From an uncultured Verrucomicrobiae bacterium (GTDB taxonomy: Bacteria > Verrucomicrobiota > Verrucomicrobiia > Chthoniobacterales > UBA10450): DNA of 64,000 nt. The DNA lies in NCBI GenBank assembly GCA_963735805.1, contig CAVTMK010000003.1, forward strand, positions 416,001 to 480,000, given 5' to 3'. The notes beneath the pieces were generated by a model. That model saw only the letters and a list, made by a program, of their open reading frames with translations. It ran no database searches and was not told the DNA's origin. The translations under genes were made by a program, and so were the position numbers. This document shows, in pieces, positions 1-9,738 of this stretch. Each line of letters begins with the position of its first letter. Within the stretch, counting starts at the first letter, position 1.

Positions 1-2
1 CT

Positions 3-866
3 GCGACGACACACGATTACCTCATGTTTTTCACGGCGGCGGGACGCGCCTACGTGGAAAAAGTTTACGAAATTCCCGAGATGGGTCGCGCCGCCAAGGG
101 ACGCTCAATCGCGAATATTCTCGAGCTGAAGCCAGATGAAAAAATCGCGGCAACGATCCGTATTCAATCCAAAAAATCCGGAACCGGATCGAACGCTGTC
201 GATCAAACGTGGGATGAAAATTTCCACATCGTCTTCGCCACACAATCCGGCATTGTTAAGAAATCGAATCTTTCCGATTACGCGAATGTTCGCCGGGGCG
301 GCATCATCGCCATTCAAATCGAGGACGGCGACCGGTTGATTGACGCGAAACTAACAAATGGCAACAACGAGATCGTGCTCATCACAAAGGATGGAATGAG
401 TCTCCGATTTCACGAAGAACAACTGCGCGATCAAGGACGGAACACTGTTGGCGTCTGGGGAATTCGCCCTGAAAAAGGCGATCACGTCGTGGCCATCGCC
501 ATTGTCGATCCAAACGCAATGCTGCTGGTGGCCGGCGAAAATGGAATTGGCAAACGCACGCGGTTCGATGATTACCGGCGACAATCGCGCGGCGGCAAGG
601 GTATCATCACCATGAAAACCGGTGAGAAAACCGGCGAGGTGGTTGGAGCGCTCACTGTTCGCGATACTGATGAAATCATGCTCATCACGAACAAGGGTCA
701 GATGGTGCGCACGCGAGTCAAAGAAATTCGCGAAACCGGCCGAAATACGATGGGCGTAAAATTAATGGATCTACGCAACAGCGAAAAACTTCAAGCGATC
801 GCGCCCGTAGTCAGCCAGGCTGAAGAAGAAGCCCAAACCGCCGAAGCGGTAACTGAAAAGTCTTAG
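3..866 (+). CDS. gyrA: DNA gyrase subunit A, C-terminal beta-pinwheel (5' truncated by window edge)
   Basis: GyrA CTD blade repeats (GRAAKGRSI, RRGGIIAI, GRNTVGVWGI, SRGGKGII, GRNTMGVKL) and an acidic tail; frame is open to the window start. Confidence 0.93.
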   Translation, partial: ATTHDYLMFFTAAGRAYVEKVYEIPEMGRAAKGRSIANILELKPDEKIAATIRIQSKKSGTGSNAVDQTWDENFHIVFATQSGIVKKSNLSDYANVRRGGIIAIQIEDGDRLIDAKLTNGNNEIVLITKDGMSLRFHEEQLRDQGRNTVGVWGIRPEKGDHVVAIAIVDPNAMLLVAGENGIGKRTRFDDYRRQSRGGKGIITMKTGEKTGEVVGALTVRDTDEIMLITNKGQMVRTRVKEIRETGRNTMGVKLMDLRNSEKLQAIAPVVSQAEEEAQTAEAVTEKS

Positions 867-951
867 AGTAACGGGCACACCTTGCCCATTCTGAGAACGA
901 CTCATCAAACGACGCCCGGTATTTCACCGCAGGATGCCGGGGCCACGCCGA

Positions 952-1125
952 TTAATAGCCGCCCATTTGGTGCGTAGTCGTTGTCGTTGTTTGTGTCGGC
1001 GGTGGCACCGGCGTTGTGACTGTAGTCTGGCGCGTTGTGGTCGTACTCGTCTCAGGGCTGGAGCAGGAAACCAGCGTGAGGACAAAAACAGAAAGCACCG
1101 AACCAAGTATGATCGTTTTTTTCAT
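952..1125 (-). CDS. Small Thr/Pro-rich lipoprotein (57 aa)
   Basis: MKKTIILGSVLSVFVLTLVSC signal with lipobox-like LVSC, then a Thr-rich low-complexity body; ATG at 1125 lies inside track ORF 952..1167. Confidence 0.75.
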   Translation of the reverse strand: MKKTIILGSVLSVFVLTLVSCSSPETSTTTTRQTTVTTPVPPPTQTTTTTTHQMGGY

Positions 1126-1348
1126 AAGATGAATTGTTTCTTGAAGACAATTCGTCGCAAGTGCCATCGCCAGACGTATTAAAGCGAAGAATTCTTCTTT
1201 TTGGCGATGCTAACAATCAGTTACGATTCTCAACGTGCCTCACCCGGGACGGACCTGGATTCCGTTTTCGCGGCGCTAATTTTGATTGGCCGAAAATTAA
1301 GTTGTCCGCAACAGAATCAAAAGGCTTACAAGATCTGCTGCGGTAAGG

Positions 1349-1753
1349 TCAATGAAAGCCGATCCTGGCGCGCTGCTTCTTTAACTCACTGCGTTTCCGC
1401 TTTGATTCGAGAATTTTCCTTTTGAGCGCAGCCGGTCTCCGCGATTTTCTTCGCCGGTCTTTTTCACGCTTCGCGATTTCAGCCATGTAGTGTTCTTTTC
1501 GAGCGCTCTCGATCGCCTCGAGCAGTCGTTCCCGCGCCAGCTTGCGATTTACCGCTTGCGAACGCGAATCTTGCACTGTCACGCTGATGCCACTTGGTCG
1601 ATGACGCAGTGTCACAGCGGTTGCAACTTTGTTTACGTTTTGACCGCCAGGTCCGCTGGATCGCGCAAAGGTTTCTTCAAGCTCGACGTCCCGAATGCCA
1701 AGGCGCCGCATTCGCTCGGCTAGCGCGTCTTTCGGCATTGCTTCCTCGTCCAA
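1349..1753 (-). CDS. arfB: ArfB/YaeJ-like peptidyl-tRNA hydrolase (ribosome rescue factor)
   Basis: Short RF-1 domain with [20 protein letters not shown] and a basic C-terminal tail. Confidence 0.8.
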   Translation of the reverse strand: MDEEAMPKDALAERMRRLGIRDVELEETFARSSGPGGQNVNKVATAVTLRHRPSGISVTVQDSRSQAVNRKLARERLLEAIESARKEHYMAEIAKREKDRRRKSRRPAALKRKILESKRKRSELKKQRARIGFH

Positions 1754-2338
1754 CTAATCCGTCTTCGGTCGCGGAACGTTTTCGCGCCCGTAACGAAGAA
1801 CGCGCACCATCCAGATCAATTCATTCAGAAATTTGTCGAGGCGCCTCACATAACTTTGATCGAGCAAAATTCCTTGGTCATCGAAGAGCTTTGTCACGTT
1901 TCCAAAATTTACGTCCCAAAAAATCGTTACCAGACCAAGCTCGCGCATGACCGGCAGCAACGCCTCGATCGCTCGTACACCACCAAACGAACCGGCTGAA
2001 ACGCCGCAGATTCCGACAGCCTTGTGAATGTATTCCTCCAGATTCATATCCAATGCGTGCTTCAAAAGTCCGGGATAACTATGATTGTATTCGGGAGTTA
2101 CAATGATGAGGCCGTCGCAGCGGTTAATGGTTGCCGAGAATTTTGCATCTTTCATTTGCTCGCCTGCGTCGTCGAGTTTCATAGGAAGCTTGCACACGTC
2201 GATCAGTTCGGTTTCGACATCTGCACGTTTCATTGTCTGCTCGAAGACAAAGCGCGCCACGTTCTCGCTCTGTCGCCCCCGCCGGGAAGTTCCCAGAATA
2301 ATCGGAATAAAGAGTGGGTGCTCGCTCCGAGTTGACAT
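1754..2338 (-). CDS. NADPH-dependent FMN reductase
   Basis: GTSRRGRQS, VTPEYNHSYPGLLKHALD, GSFGGVRA motifs; probable start MSTRSEH at 2338. Confidence 0.9.
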   Translation of the reverse strand: MSTRSEHPLFIPIILGTSRRGRQSENVARFVFEQTMKRADVETELIDVCKLPMKLDDAGEQMKDAKFSATINRCDGLIIVTPEYNHSYPGLLKHALDMNLEEYIHKAVGICGVSAGSFGGVRAIEALLPVMRELGLVTIFWDVNFGNVTKLFDDQGILLDQSYVRRLDKFLNELIWMVRVLRYGRENVPRPKTD

Positions 2339-2483
2339 ATGAGTCTTACTGCGATCTTCAGTTTGCACTCCGCTATCGCCGATCCGCAATCCGCAATTCA
2401 AATCGACGGAGCTTTCTTCTATTCATCCGCAAGGATTAGGAACTTATACTGATGCAAATTGGACATTGCGTCTGGAAAGCCTC

Positions 2484-3515
2484 CTAGTCACGGCGTCTGC
2501 CCAATCCCCAATATGCCAGAAATGCTGTCAAGACTACCAGGGGACACACGACTAAAAAGAAGCCGTACCTCTCTTGGGCCAGTGGAATGCCACCTACATT
2601 CATGCCAAATAAGCCTGCCACCAGGTTAATTGGCAAGGCCAGCACAGTCACCATCGTCAACACGAACAGTGTACGATTCGTCTGTTCACTGACGAGGGCC
2701 GACAATTCTTCCTGAAGCTGTTTGACGCGTTCAACCAGGGCCGCTGCGTCGCTGATTGATGTGGAGAATTTCTCGGCCGATTGTTGCAGGTTCTGAAGCT
2801 CGTCTTCCGTAATCCAATTAGGCGGCTTATTAAGAAGGCGAAAGAACGCAGCCGGTTCCGGAGCCAAAAGCCGTTGGAGTCTAACCAACATCCGACGCAG
2901 CGCACCCAATTCGCTACGACTAACAGAAATGCGCTTGTCCAGGAGCTGCTGTTCCATTGGGCCCACCTGCTTTTTGGAGTTCCGCACAATGTCAACCAAC
3001 ACACTGGCCTGATCTCGAAACAAACGCGCCAGAATTTCAATCGGCGAGCGAAAGACCTGGCCTGACTGCACCGCTTCGCGGAGTTGGTCAATCGAGCGCC
3101 AAGGCCGAACGTGCGCGCTTACGACGAGGCGCGGCATTATGCAAAGGGTGGTAGTCGCAACCGGTGCGTCAAATGTGAAGTCATAAAGCACATCATGAAT
3201 ACGCGCCACCATTGCGTCTCCGTCCTGCTCCAAATGAGTGGCGTCTATGTCGCTATTTAACGATTCGTAGAAGGTGTCGGGCATGGTTAGGTACCGTCGT
3301 AGCCAGGACTCAGAAGCCACATTAGAAAGCGAAAAGTGCAACCAGAGGAATTCGTTCGGTGGACCGGAACCGTGCGCGGTCAAAAACTTAACCGCCTCCT
3401 CCGAATTGATTGACCGTGCTGGTTGGTTGGGGACAAAGTCATAGCCCCAGATCGGGCCGCCCTGGTTTGGGCCAGACGTCGAATCGATATTTTGGCTCAT
3501 TGTTAGAGCAGCCAT
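2484..3515 (-). CDS. CorA/ZntB-family divalent metal transporter
   Basis: GLFGMNVGGIP (GMN signature) between two C-terminal TM helices; WLH motif typical of ZntB-like members. Confidence 0.9.
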   Translation of the reverse strand: MAALTMSQNIDSTSGPNQGGPIWGYDFVPNQPARSINSEEAVKFLTAHGSGPPNEFLWLHFSLSNVASESWLRRYLTMPDTFYESLNSDIDATHLEQDGDAMVARIHDVLYDFTFDAPVATTTLCIMPRLVVSAHVRPWRSIDQLREAVQSGQVFRSPIEILARLFRDQASVLVDIVRNSKKQVGPMEQQLLDKRISVSRSELGALRRMLVRLQRLLAPEPAAFFRLLNKPPNWITEDELQNLQQSAEKFSTSISDAAALVERVKQLQEELSALVSEQTNRTLFVLTMVTVLALPINLVAGLFGMNVGGIPLAQERYGFFLVVCPLVVLTAFLAYWGLGRRRD

Positions 3516-3560
3516 CAGATCATTGGTCGGCGATTTTACCTAGCAAAATCGCATTTTAGA

Positions 3561-3650
3561 TGGTGCCGATGGCCGGACTCGAACCGGCACGGGCCTTTTA
3601 CGGCCCAACGGATTTTAAGTCCGTTGCGTCTGCCATTTCGCCACATCGGC
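3561..3650 (-). tRNA. tRNA-Leu (anticodon TAA)
   Basis: Reverse complement GCCGATGTGGCGAAATGGCAGACGCAACGGACTTAAAATCCGTTGGGCCGTAAAAGGCCCGTGCCGGTTCGAGTCCGGCCATCGGCACCA: acceptor stem, ACGGA/TCCGT anticodon stem around CT-TAA-AA, long variable arm, GTTCGA T-loop, encoded CCA. Confidence 0.97.
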
Positions 3651-4031
3651 GTTTCCTGAAGTTTAAGCATTTTATTTCGGCAGCGAAAACAGATTTCGTG
3701 AAGGAGCAGGCACCGTGGGAGCGGTTTGAAATACCAAAATCTAAATCCTTTGCGCATCGATAAATAAGGGAAGACGTATCAGACTAACCACTGCGATTGG
3801 GGCTTATAAGGTGAGACCTTACCTGCAACTTAGGTCGTGCCTGACTAGACAAGTTGGGACCGTTTTCAGTAAAAAAAACTCCCATCGAAGGAAGATCTGA
3901 ATCAGGCAAAGAGCATTTTTTCCCGTTAAGACGGCAAAAAATTAATTCAGCTGGAACAAGAAAATATGAAATGCCTCCACGCGTGGTTCTCAATCGCTAG
4001 TTAAGCCACTGAGACAAAGAGGAAATAGTTC

Positions 4032-6389
4032 ATGAAGCTATTTAAATTAAAAGGAGATGGTTTAACGACACAGAAATTCAATGGATACGTTTTGCTTAAT
4101 GTTGTGTCGGTGCTCGCGTACCTCTTTTGTCCATGCGTCGGGCGCGCCAATCCGTGCGCGTCACCGCCGCCACCGCGGTTCCTACCTGGACAGGTTGCTC
4201 ATTACCCCAACGGCGCGGACATCATCACCTGCACCGAGTCGCCACCCGGCCACGAAATGTGGAAGATCGATTATCCTTCGGTCGATCGCAGTCTCACCGA
4301 TTATCCCGCCATCATGTTTAATCCTGGCGATGTTGTTACATTAGACGCAGGCGGTTGCGTGCAAAGCGGTGGGTTCGGCCCGACGTGGAAACGCTATGTG
4401 AATCCCGACGACGGCAGCGGCCATCTCGATTCACAATATTACGGCACGGTGCAGATTGTCGGCGTCACCGGCGACAACAACCCCGAATCGATCCTGCACT
4501 GGATCGGTCCGTCTTTCATCATTCCGCAAGAGGAACATCTCGCGCTCGGCTACGTCGACGATGGCGGTATAGGCGACAACGGCTACTGGAATCCTGACAA
4601 CGGCATCAACAACCAGTGCGTTAACGACAACAAAACAACGATCTTCATCATCATCGACCGTCATGCGGCTCATCTCGAAGATTGCAAGAAAGCCGTTAGC
4701 TTCACTAACACGCCGGTAGCGCCGCCGGTCCCGGAAATCGAGCGGGTCGCGGAACTGTTAACTGACGCCGCGGAAGTTCCCGTCGGTTTGCCAATAACGA
4801 AAGATGCGCAGGGCACCGGCATAAAACATTTCCAACTCTTCCAGGATGGGCATCGCGGAGAACGCACCACGAAAAGCAATCGCCCTCTGAACTCTGCCGA
4901 AATGCACAACGACGGCTGCATCTACTTTGCCTTTACGCCCACCACCGCGCCGCTCTGGTATCCAGCCGATCTCGCCTTCGACAGCGCCCCGCAAAAAAAT
5001 TGGCAGGCCCGGCCGTGGGATTTGCCGCGCGCGCAAATTGGTTTTTTTGACTTGGAGGCACTCAATCGCGATGCCACCAAATGGCTTCCCACATTCCTTC
5101 CCGGCTACTGTTCCGGCGCGGGAAATTCCTGGCGAGCAAGCGCGCCTCGTTGGATCGGCGTCTGCACGCCGTCTCGCGTTCCGCCCGGTCAATGGACACC
5201 GTCGAACCTGACCAATTTCCCGCTCCCTGATCAACCGGACTCCGAAATCGCACAATCCGGCGCTGTCTGCGATTGGCATATAAAGCACGAGCCTTCCATT
5301 TCCGACGGATGTGTCGACTTCGACATGGCCGAATGGAACCCGGTCCAAAACAGGAATTTTCTGAACGCTGAAGGAACTGTCAGCAACTCTTTCCTTTCCG
5401 GCGGCGATTACAGCGGCGACCACAACGGGATGCCCGATGGCCATTACATGGGCGTGCACACCGATGTCATGACGCACAACGAAGCCGTCCAAAATTGCCC
5501 CGACCTTTCTACCGCGGATCAGGGCCAGCTCTGCGCCGATTGGGAACTTAATGTCGTGACCGATCCAAACTACCGGCACCTGCTGGCGCGCGATGAATCA
5601 ACCCTGAACGATCGCGACGGCGGCGACTGTCAGTCGAAACACGCCAGTGAGTATCGGAAAGGCAACCAGGTAATAGATCTTGGCGGCGCGCTCGGGGTGG
5701 AAGGTGAACAATGGTACTATCCTGTCGGCTATCGACCCGAAGCCGGCGATCGCATCCTGGTACGCGGACAATGGATCATCGATTGTGGCCATCCGGACTG
5801 GCATGCCGAACTTCATCCCGCCAGTCTGCTCGCTAGCTCTTATCTACAATACAGCGACTTTGCACCTACCCTTGGATCGACCTGGAACCGGCCACTACGT
5901 CTCACATCGAACTGGCGCGCCCTGACGGGAGGTATCCCGGCGGTCGTGACGAAGATTGTCGCGTCGCCGGTATTCGCCGAGAGCTCGCTGGAAGTCGACG
6001 TCTGGCCCCCGGCGCGCCCAAGCGCTTGCGCGCGTCTGGTCATTGCACGAGAAAACGAGACACCGAACCCTCGCTGGTCGGGGGTGCAGTTCACTGAGAA
6101 TCTCTTACCGGCGGACGGAAACCCCAACCATCTGCACCTGACGATCACACGGACGCCGTTCAATTTGGACTTCGGCGGTGACGGCGACGTGCAGAACCCC
6201 GATTCCCACCTGACCTTCTTCACCGCCTATATGGCATGGTGGGCCGATTCGGCTGCGTGCGTGTCGTGCAAGGGCGGAAAGGACGGCAAACAGTCCTGGG
6301 AGACACTTCTTTCCGCCATCTTATTCTTCGCGTCGTTGGTAGTCGCAGTAACGATTTGGAAGGCGATCCGTGGAAAGGCATCGCAGTAG
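4032..6389 (+). CDS. Large Cys-rich exported protein with LecA/PA-IL-like N-terminal domain and C-terminal TM anchor
   Basis: Hydrophobic N-terminal stretch; MFNPGDVVTLDAGG and LGYVDDGGIGDNGY resemble PA-IL motifs; GQWIIDCGHPDWHAELHP motif; C-terminal TM helix followed by KAIRGK. Confidence 0.6.
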   Translation: MKLFKLKGDGLTTQKFNGYVLLNVVSVLAYLFCPCVGRANPCASPPPPRFLPGQVAHYPNGADIITCTESPPGHEMWKIDYPSVDRSLTDYPAIMFNPGDVVTLDAGGCVQSGGFGPTWKRYVNPDDGSGHLDSQYYGTVQIVGVTGDNNPESILHWIGPSFIIPQEEHLALGYVDDGGIGDNGYWNPDNGINNQCVNDNKTTIFIIIDRHAAHLEDCKKAVSFTNTPVAPPVPEIERVAELLTDAAEVPVGLPITKDAQGTGIKHFQLFQDGHRGERTTKSNRPLNSAEMHNDGCIYFAFTPTTAPLWYPADLAFDSAPQKNWQARPWDLPRAQIGFFDLEALNRDATKWLPTFLPGYCSGAGNSWRASAPRWIGVCTPSRVPPGQWTPSNLTNFPLPDQPDSEIAQSGAVCDWHIKHEPSISDGCVDFDMAEWNPVQNRNFLNAEGTVSNSFLSGGDYSGDHNGMPDGHYMGVHTDVMTHNEAVQNCPDLSTADQGQLCADWELNVVTDPNYRHLLARDESTLNDRDGGDCQSKHASEYRKGNQVIDLGGALGVEGEQWYYPVGYRPEAGDRILVRGQWIIDCGHPDWHAELHPASLLASSYLQYSDFAPTLGSTWNRPLRLTSNWRALTGGIPAVVTKIVASPVFAESSLEVDVWPPARPSACARLVIARENETPNPRWSGVQFTENLLPADGNPNHLHLTITRTPFNLDFGGDGDVQNPDSHLTFFTAYMAWWADSAACVSCKGGKDGKQSWETLLSAILFFASLVVAVTIWKAIRGKASQ

Positions 6390-6559
6390 CGGGTTGACGC
6401 TCAGTCGCGATCCCGGCAAACCTGGAAAGAAGTCTTGAACTTCGGTCGCCAAATCTTGTAAAAAGCTCAAAACGCGGTCAGTGACCAGCCCACTGTCTGC
6501 AGTAACCAGATGACAATCCTTAGGTTGCGCGTTCCAACTCAACTCTCAAGTCGTGAACA

Positions 6560-7375
6560 ATGAAAAGAACAACAAGAAAAAATAGCAGTTTCGGGTTCGG
6601 ATGGATGCCGGACCTTCCTGATAACCGTGATCATCTTTACTCGGCGCCGCTCGCGAAGCTACGCGTCCTACCGACGAAGGCCGATCTGCGCAGACAATGC
6701 CCGAAAGTTTATAATCAGGGGCAAATTGGTTCCTGCACCGCAAACGCAATCGCCGCAGCGATCGAGTTCGATCGCAAGAAGCAAAAACTGCGGGATTTCA
6801 TCCCATCGCGTCTCTTTATCTACTATAATGAACGAAGCATGGAGCACAGCGTGCCGCTCGACAATGGCGCCCAGATTCGCGACGGAATAAAGAGTGTCAA
6901 CAAGCAGGGGGCTTGTCCGGAGACTGAGTGGTCATACGACGATACTCCGGCGGACCCGAACACAAACCTGTGGCCTGCCGGCGCCAAGCCGAGACAGAAA
7001 CCGCCACCCTCTTGCTATAAAGATGCAAAGAAATTCCGAGCGGTGGGTTATCAGCGGGTTGACCGCATGCTTTCACAGATGAAGGGCTGTCTGGCGGATG
7101 GCTTTCCATTCGTGTTTGGCTTCACCGTGTACGAGAGTTTCGAGAGCGCGGAAGTCGCCAGGACAGGGGTCCTGCAAATGCCGAAGCCTAAAGAAGGAGT
7201 AGTCGGCGGTCACGCAGTCGTTGCGGTCGGATACGACGATAAGATCGAACGCTTTATGGTCCGTAATTCATGGGGCACTAGCTGGGGAAAGAGAGGCTAT
7301 TTTACCATGCCCTATACCTATTTGCTCAGCGAGAACCTTTCGGATGACTTTTGGACGATTCGCCTGGTGCATTAA
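6560..7375 (+). CDS. Papain-like cysteine peptidase (family C1)
   Basis: QGQIGSCTANA (Gln/Cys), GGHAVVAVGY (His), RNSWGTSWGKRGY (Asn); no signal peptide. Confidence 0.95.
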   Translation: MKRTTRKNSSFGFGWMPDLPDNRDHLYSAPLAKLRVLPTKADLRRQCPKVYNQGQIGSCTANAIAAAIEFDRKKQKLRDFIPSRLFIYYNERSMEHSVPLDNGAQIRDGIKSVNKQGACPETEWSYDDTPADPNTNLWPAGAKPRQKPPPSCYKDAKKFRAVGYQRVDRMLSQMKGCLADGFPFVFGFTVYESFESAEVARTGVLQMPKPKEGVVGGHAVVAVGYDDKIERFMVRNSWGTSWGKRGYFTMPYTYLLSENLSDDFWTIRLVH

Positions 7376-7396
7376 CCGATTAACCTTTTTAACAAC

Positions 7397-8398
7397 ATGC
7401 CAAAGTACTGGATGATAAATAGCCGGAGCCAAGGGGGCGTTGGACCTGACGTTAGCACCGATGGTATGACCTATTGGGTTAGTGATAAGCAGGGGCTCAA
7501 TGACATTAAGAACTGGCGGAAAGTTACGGCCGCCAACTTTCAGAAGCTACTGGTGGCCACATCGGACAAGTTTCCCAAGTATGATCAGGCGGAGAACGAG
7601 AAACAAAGCCATGTCACAATTCTCGTTCATGGTTACAACCAAACGTTTGCAAAGGCTGCAGCGTTTTATGAGAAGCTTTGTAGCAGCCTTTTTGACGGTC
7701 CGGACAGTCTCGGGCTCTGCATCCTGTATGACTGGCCATCACGCGGCAGCCTGCTGGGCTATGAGCCTGATCGCTCGCATGCGCGATTGTGTGCTCAGGA
7801 CTTAACAGACGTGTTAAGCGCGCTGTTCGATTGGCTGACCAAGAAACAACAGCAAACCATAGACAATCCTGCCAAAGCTTGTAAAGCGAAGGTGTCTCTA
7901 ATCTCGCACAGCATGGGAAACTATGTCGTCCAGAAAGCGATGGCAGCGGCGTGGACCCGTAAAAATCAGCCACTACTAGTTAGTCTTATCAATCAACTGC
8001 TAATGGTCGCGGCCGATGTTGACAGCGATTTATTCGATCAGGGCGCTCCTGATAACAACGATGGCAATGCTGTGGCTAATCTCACCTACCGAATCACAGC
8101 GCTCTACAGCGGACGTGACACCGTTTTGGGCGCATCTGCCGGTCTGAAGCATTTCGGCATGCGTCGCCTTGGTCGCACCGGTCTTCCTCATCATCCGCCT
8201 TTGGCGGATCCATCCTCACCGACGGACAATGTCTGGGACGTAGATTGTTCGAGTTTTTTCAAGTCGGACGTCGGAGATATCCATGGCGCGTATTTTCTAA
8301 CAGACGGCACCATTGATCTAATGCGCCATATATTGCGCGGACTCGACCGCGGCGTTCTGGAGACCCTTGGATACACCAAAGGCACGGCTTGGCCGTAA
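7397..8398 (+). CDS. Alpha/beta hydrolase, DUF900-like esterase/lipase
   Basis: VHGYN oxyanion motif, YDWPSRG, SHSMGN nucleophile elbow, AADVD, late HGAYF. Confidence 0.85.
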   Translation: MPKYWMINSRSQGGVGPDVSTDGMTYWVSDKQGLNDIKNWRKVTAANFQKLLVATSDKFPKYDQAENEKQSHVTILVHGYNQTFAKAAAFYEKLCSSLFDGPDSLGLCILYDWPSRGSLLGYEPDRSHARLCAQDLTDVLSALFDWLTKKQQQTIDNPAKACKAKVSLISHSMGNYVVQKAMAAAWTRKNQPLLVSLINQLLMVAADVDSDLFDQGAPDNNDGNAVANLTYRITALYSGRDTVLGASAGLKHFGMRRLGRTGLPHHPPLADPSSPTDNVWDVDCSSFFKSDVGDIHGAYFLTDGTIDLMRHILRGLDRGVLETLGYTKGTAWP

Positions 8399-8412
8399 GC
8401 ACGTAAAGGCGA

Positions 8413-9519
8413 ATGCCTCCGCGCAAACGTAAGCCCAAGTCGGGCAAACCAGCTACAAAGCGTTCGCGGCAAAAGCCGCGTAAGACGGCGAAGTCTTCGT
8501 CTCGAAAACCGCGAGTAACAAAGGCCGTCGCGGTGCGGCCGTTGCCGGCGGAGCCGGAGGAAATTCTTTTTCGTGTGGAAGGCAAGATGTCCACCTTTGG
8601 CGGACCGCATGATCTCGGGATGGCCGCGAACGAAGACCTCGCCCTCTTCACCAAAGCCGATCTTCAAAATCCGAGATACGCATATTTGTTTCTGCCAGCT
8701 CCGCCTCCCGGAACAAGCGGCCTTGGGCGCCGACTTAACCCCGATCGATATTATTTCGCCTGTCGCTGGAATTATTCCGAGACACCAAAGGAATTCTTGC
8801 GCCGCGCCCTTGCGCGCGTGGAAAATCCGGCGAATGGCCGCGCGGTTGATGCGCGCCCGGTTGATTGGGGGCCGAACGTTTCGACCGGTCGTGTTGCAGA
8901 CTTATCGCCAGGACTGGCAGTGGCTCTCGGCTTAGACACAGATGATATTGTTAGGATAACAATCTCAGCGCGCCGAGCCATTCCGGTAGAACCCTCTCTC
9001 AAGGTGAGTCGAGCTGGACATGGAAGTAGTAATCCGCACGCCAAACCAGTAATCAAACAGTTCATAAAAAGCCCGAATTGCTCTTGTCGTAATGGCGTAA
9101 GCATCGACAAGATTGTTTTACACTGCACTGAAGGGTCGCTTGCAAGCGCCGTGGCGGAGTTTCAAAAATCTGACGGTCGGCAGGTCTCAGCGCATTACGT
9201 CATCGATCGAAACGGCGACATCTATCAGATGGTGAGCGACAGCGATCGTTCGAATCATTGTATGGGTGCAAACCAAAACTCGATCGGCATCGAACACGTT
9301 GGCAGTGAAACGGATTCGCTCACGGCCCCGCAGGCTGTCGCTTCCGCCGCGCTCATTCGCTGGTTGCTTGAGCAGTATCACATTCCGCGGACGAACATCT
9401 TTGGCCACGATTTCGCACCAGGCTACTGTCGCCCGGGTGGAACAAGCTGTCCGGATAAACTCTTTGGCCAGGTGCATAGCCAAAGCACGATCGCCGCTTG
9501 GGTAGAAGCAAACGTGTGA
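8413..9519 (+). CDS. Polycationic tail + RlpA-like double-psi barrel + N-acetylmuramoyl-L-alanine amidase (Amidase_2)
   Basis: About 40-aa K/R-rich N-terminus; PVDWGP...RVADLSPGLA; LHCTEG, SAHYVI, SIGIEH, GHD, SCP (H/H/C zinc ligands). Confidence 0.88.
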   Translation: MPPRKRKPKSGKPATKRSRQKPRKTAKSSSRKPRVTKAVAVRPLPAEPEEILFRVEGKMSTFGGPHDLGMAANEDLALFTKADLQNPRYAYLFLPAPPPGTSGLGRRLNPDRYYFACRWNYSETPKEFLRRALARVENPANGRAVDARPVDWGPNVSTGRVADLSPGLAVALGLDTDDIVRITISARRAIPVEPSLKVSRAGHGSSNPHAKPVIKQFIKSPNCSCRNGVSIDKIVLHCTEGSLASAVAEFQKSDGRQVSAHYVIDRNGDIYQMVSDSDRSNHCMGANQNSIGIEHVGSETDSLTAPQAVASAALIRWLLEQYHIPRTNIFGHDFAPGYCRPGGTSCPDKLFGQVHSQSTIAAWVEANV

Positions 9520-9738
9520 ATGGCGAAAATCCCGAAGCTGGCTCCTGGCAGGAAATTATCTCAAAGATAGTTTGAAGCGGCTCCCCACGGACTGATGGCA
9601 GCCCGGCTCCAGCAATATGACTCGACAACGACAAATGGATGGCCGCACCCCGTTTTTCGGAGCTATCAGAAGGTGATTGCTTTCCTTTCAGCAAGTTCCT
9701 AGAATCGGCGTTCACCTGTAAAACGAAAGGAATCGCTT

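Noticed and set aside
1349..1753. Truncated release-factor pseudogene
   Set aside because: Size, GGQ domain and basic tail match a complete ArfB-type factor
3536..3763. ORFs 3536..3757 and 3560..3763
   Set aside because: They overlap the tRNA gene; spurious
9520..9738. Possible small gene or ncRNA in the amidase-lipoprotein spacer
   Set aside because: No convincing ORF, start signal or recognisable RNA structure
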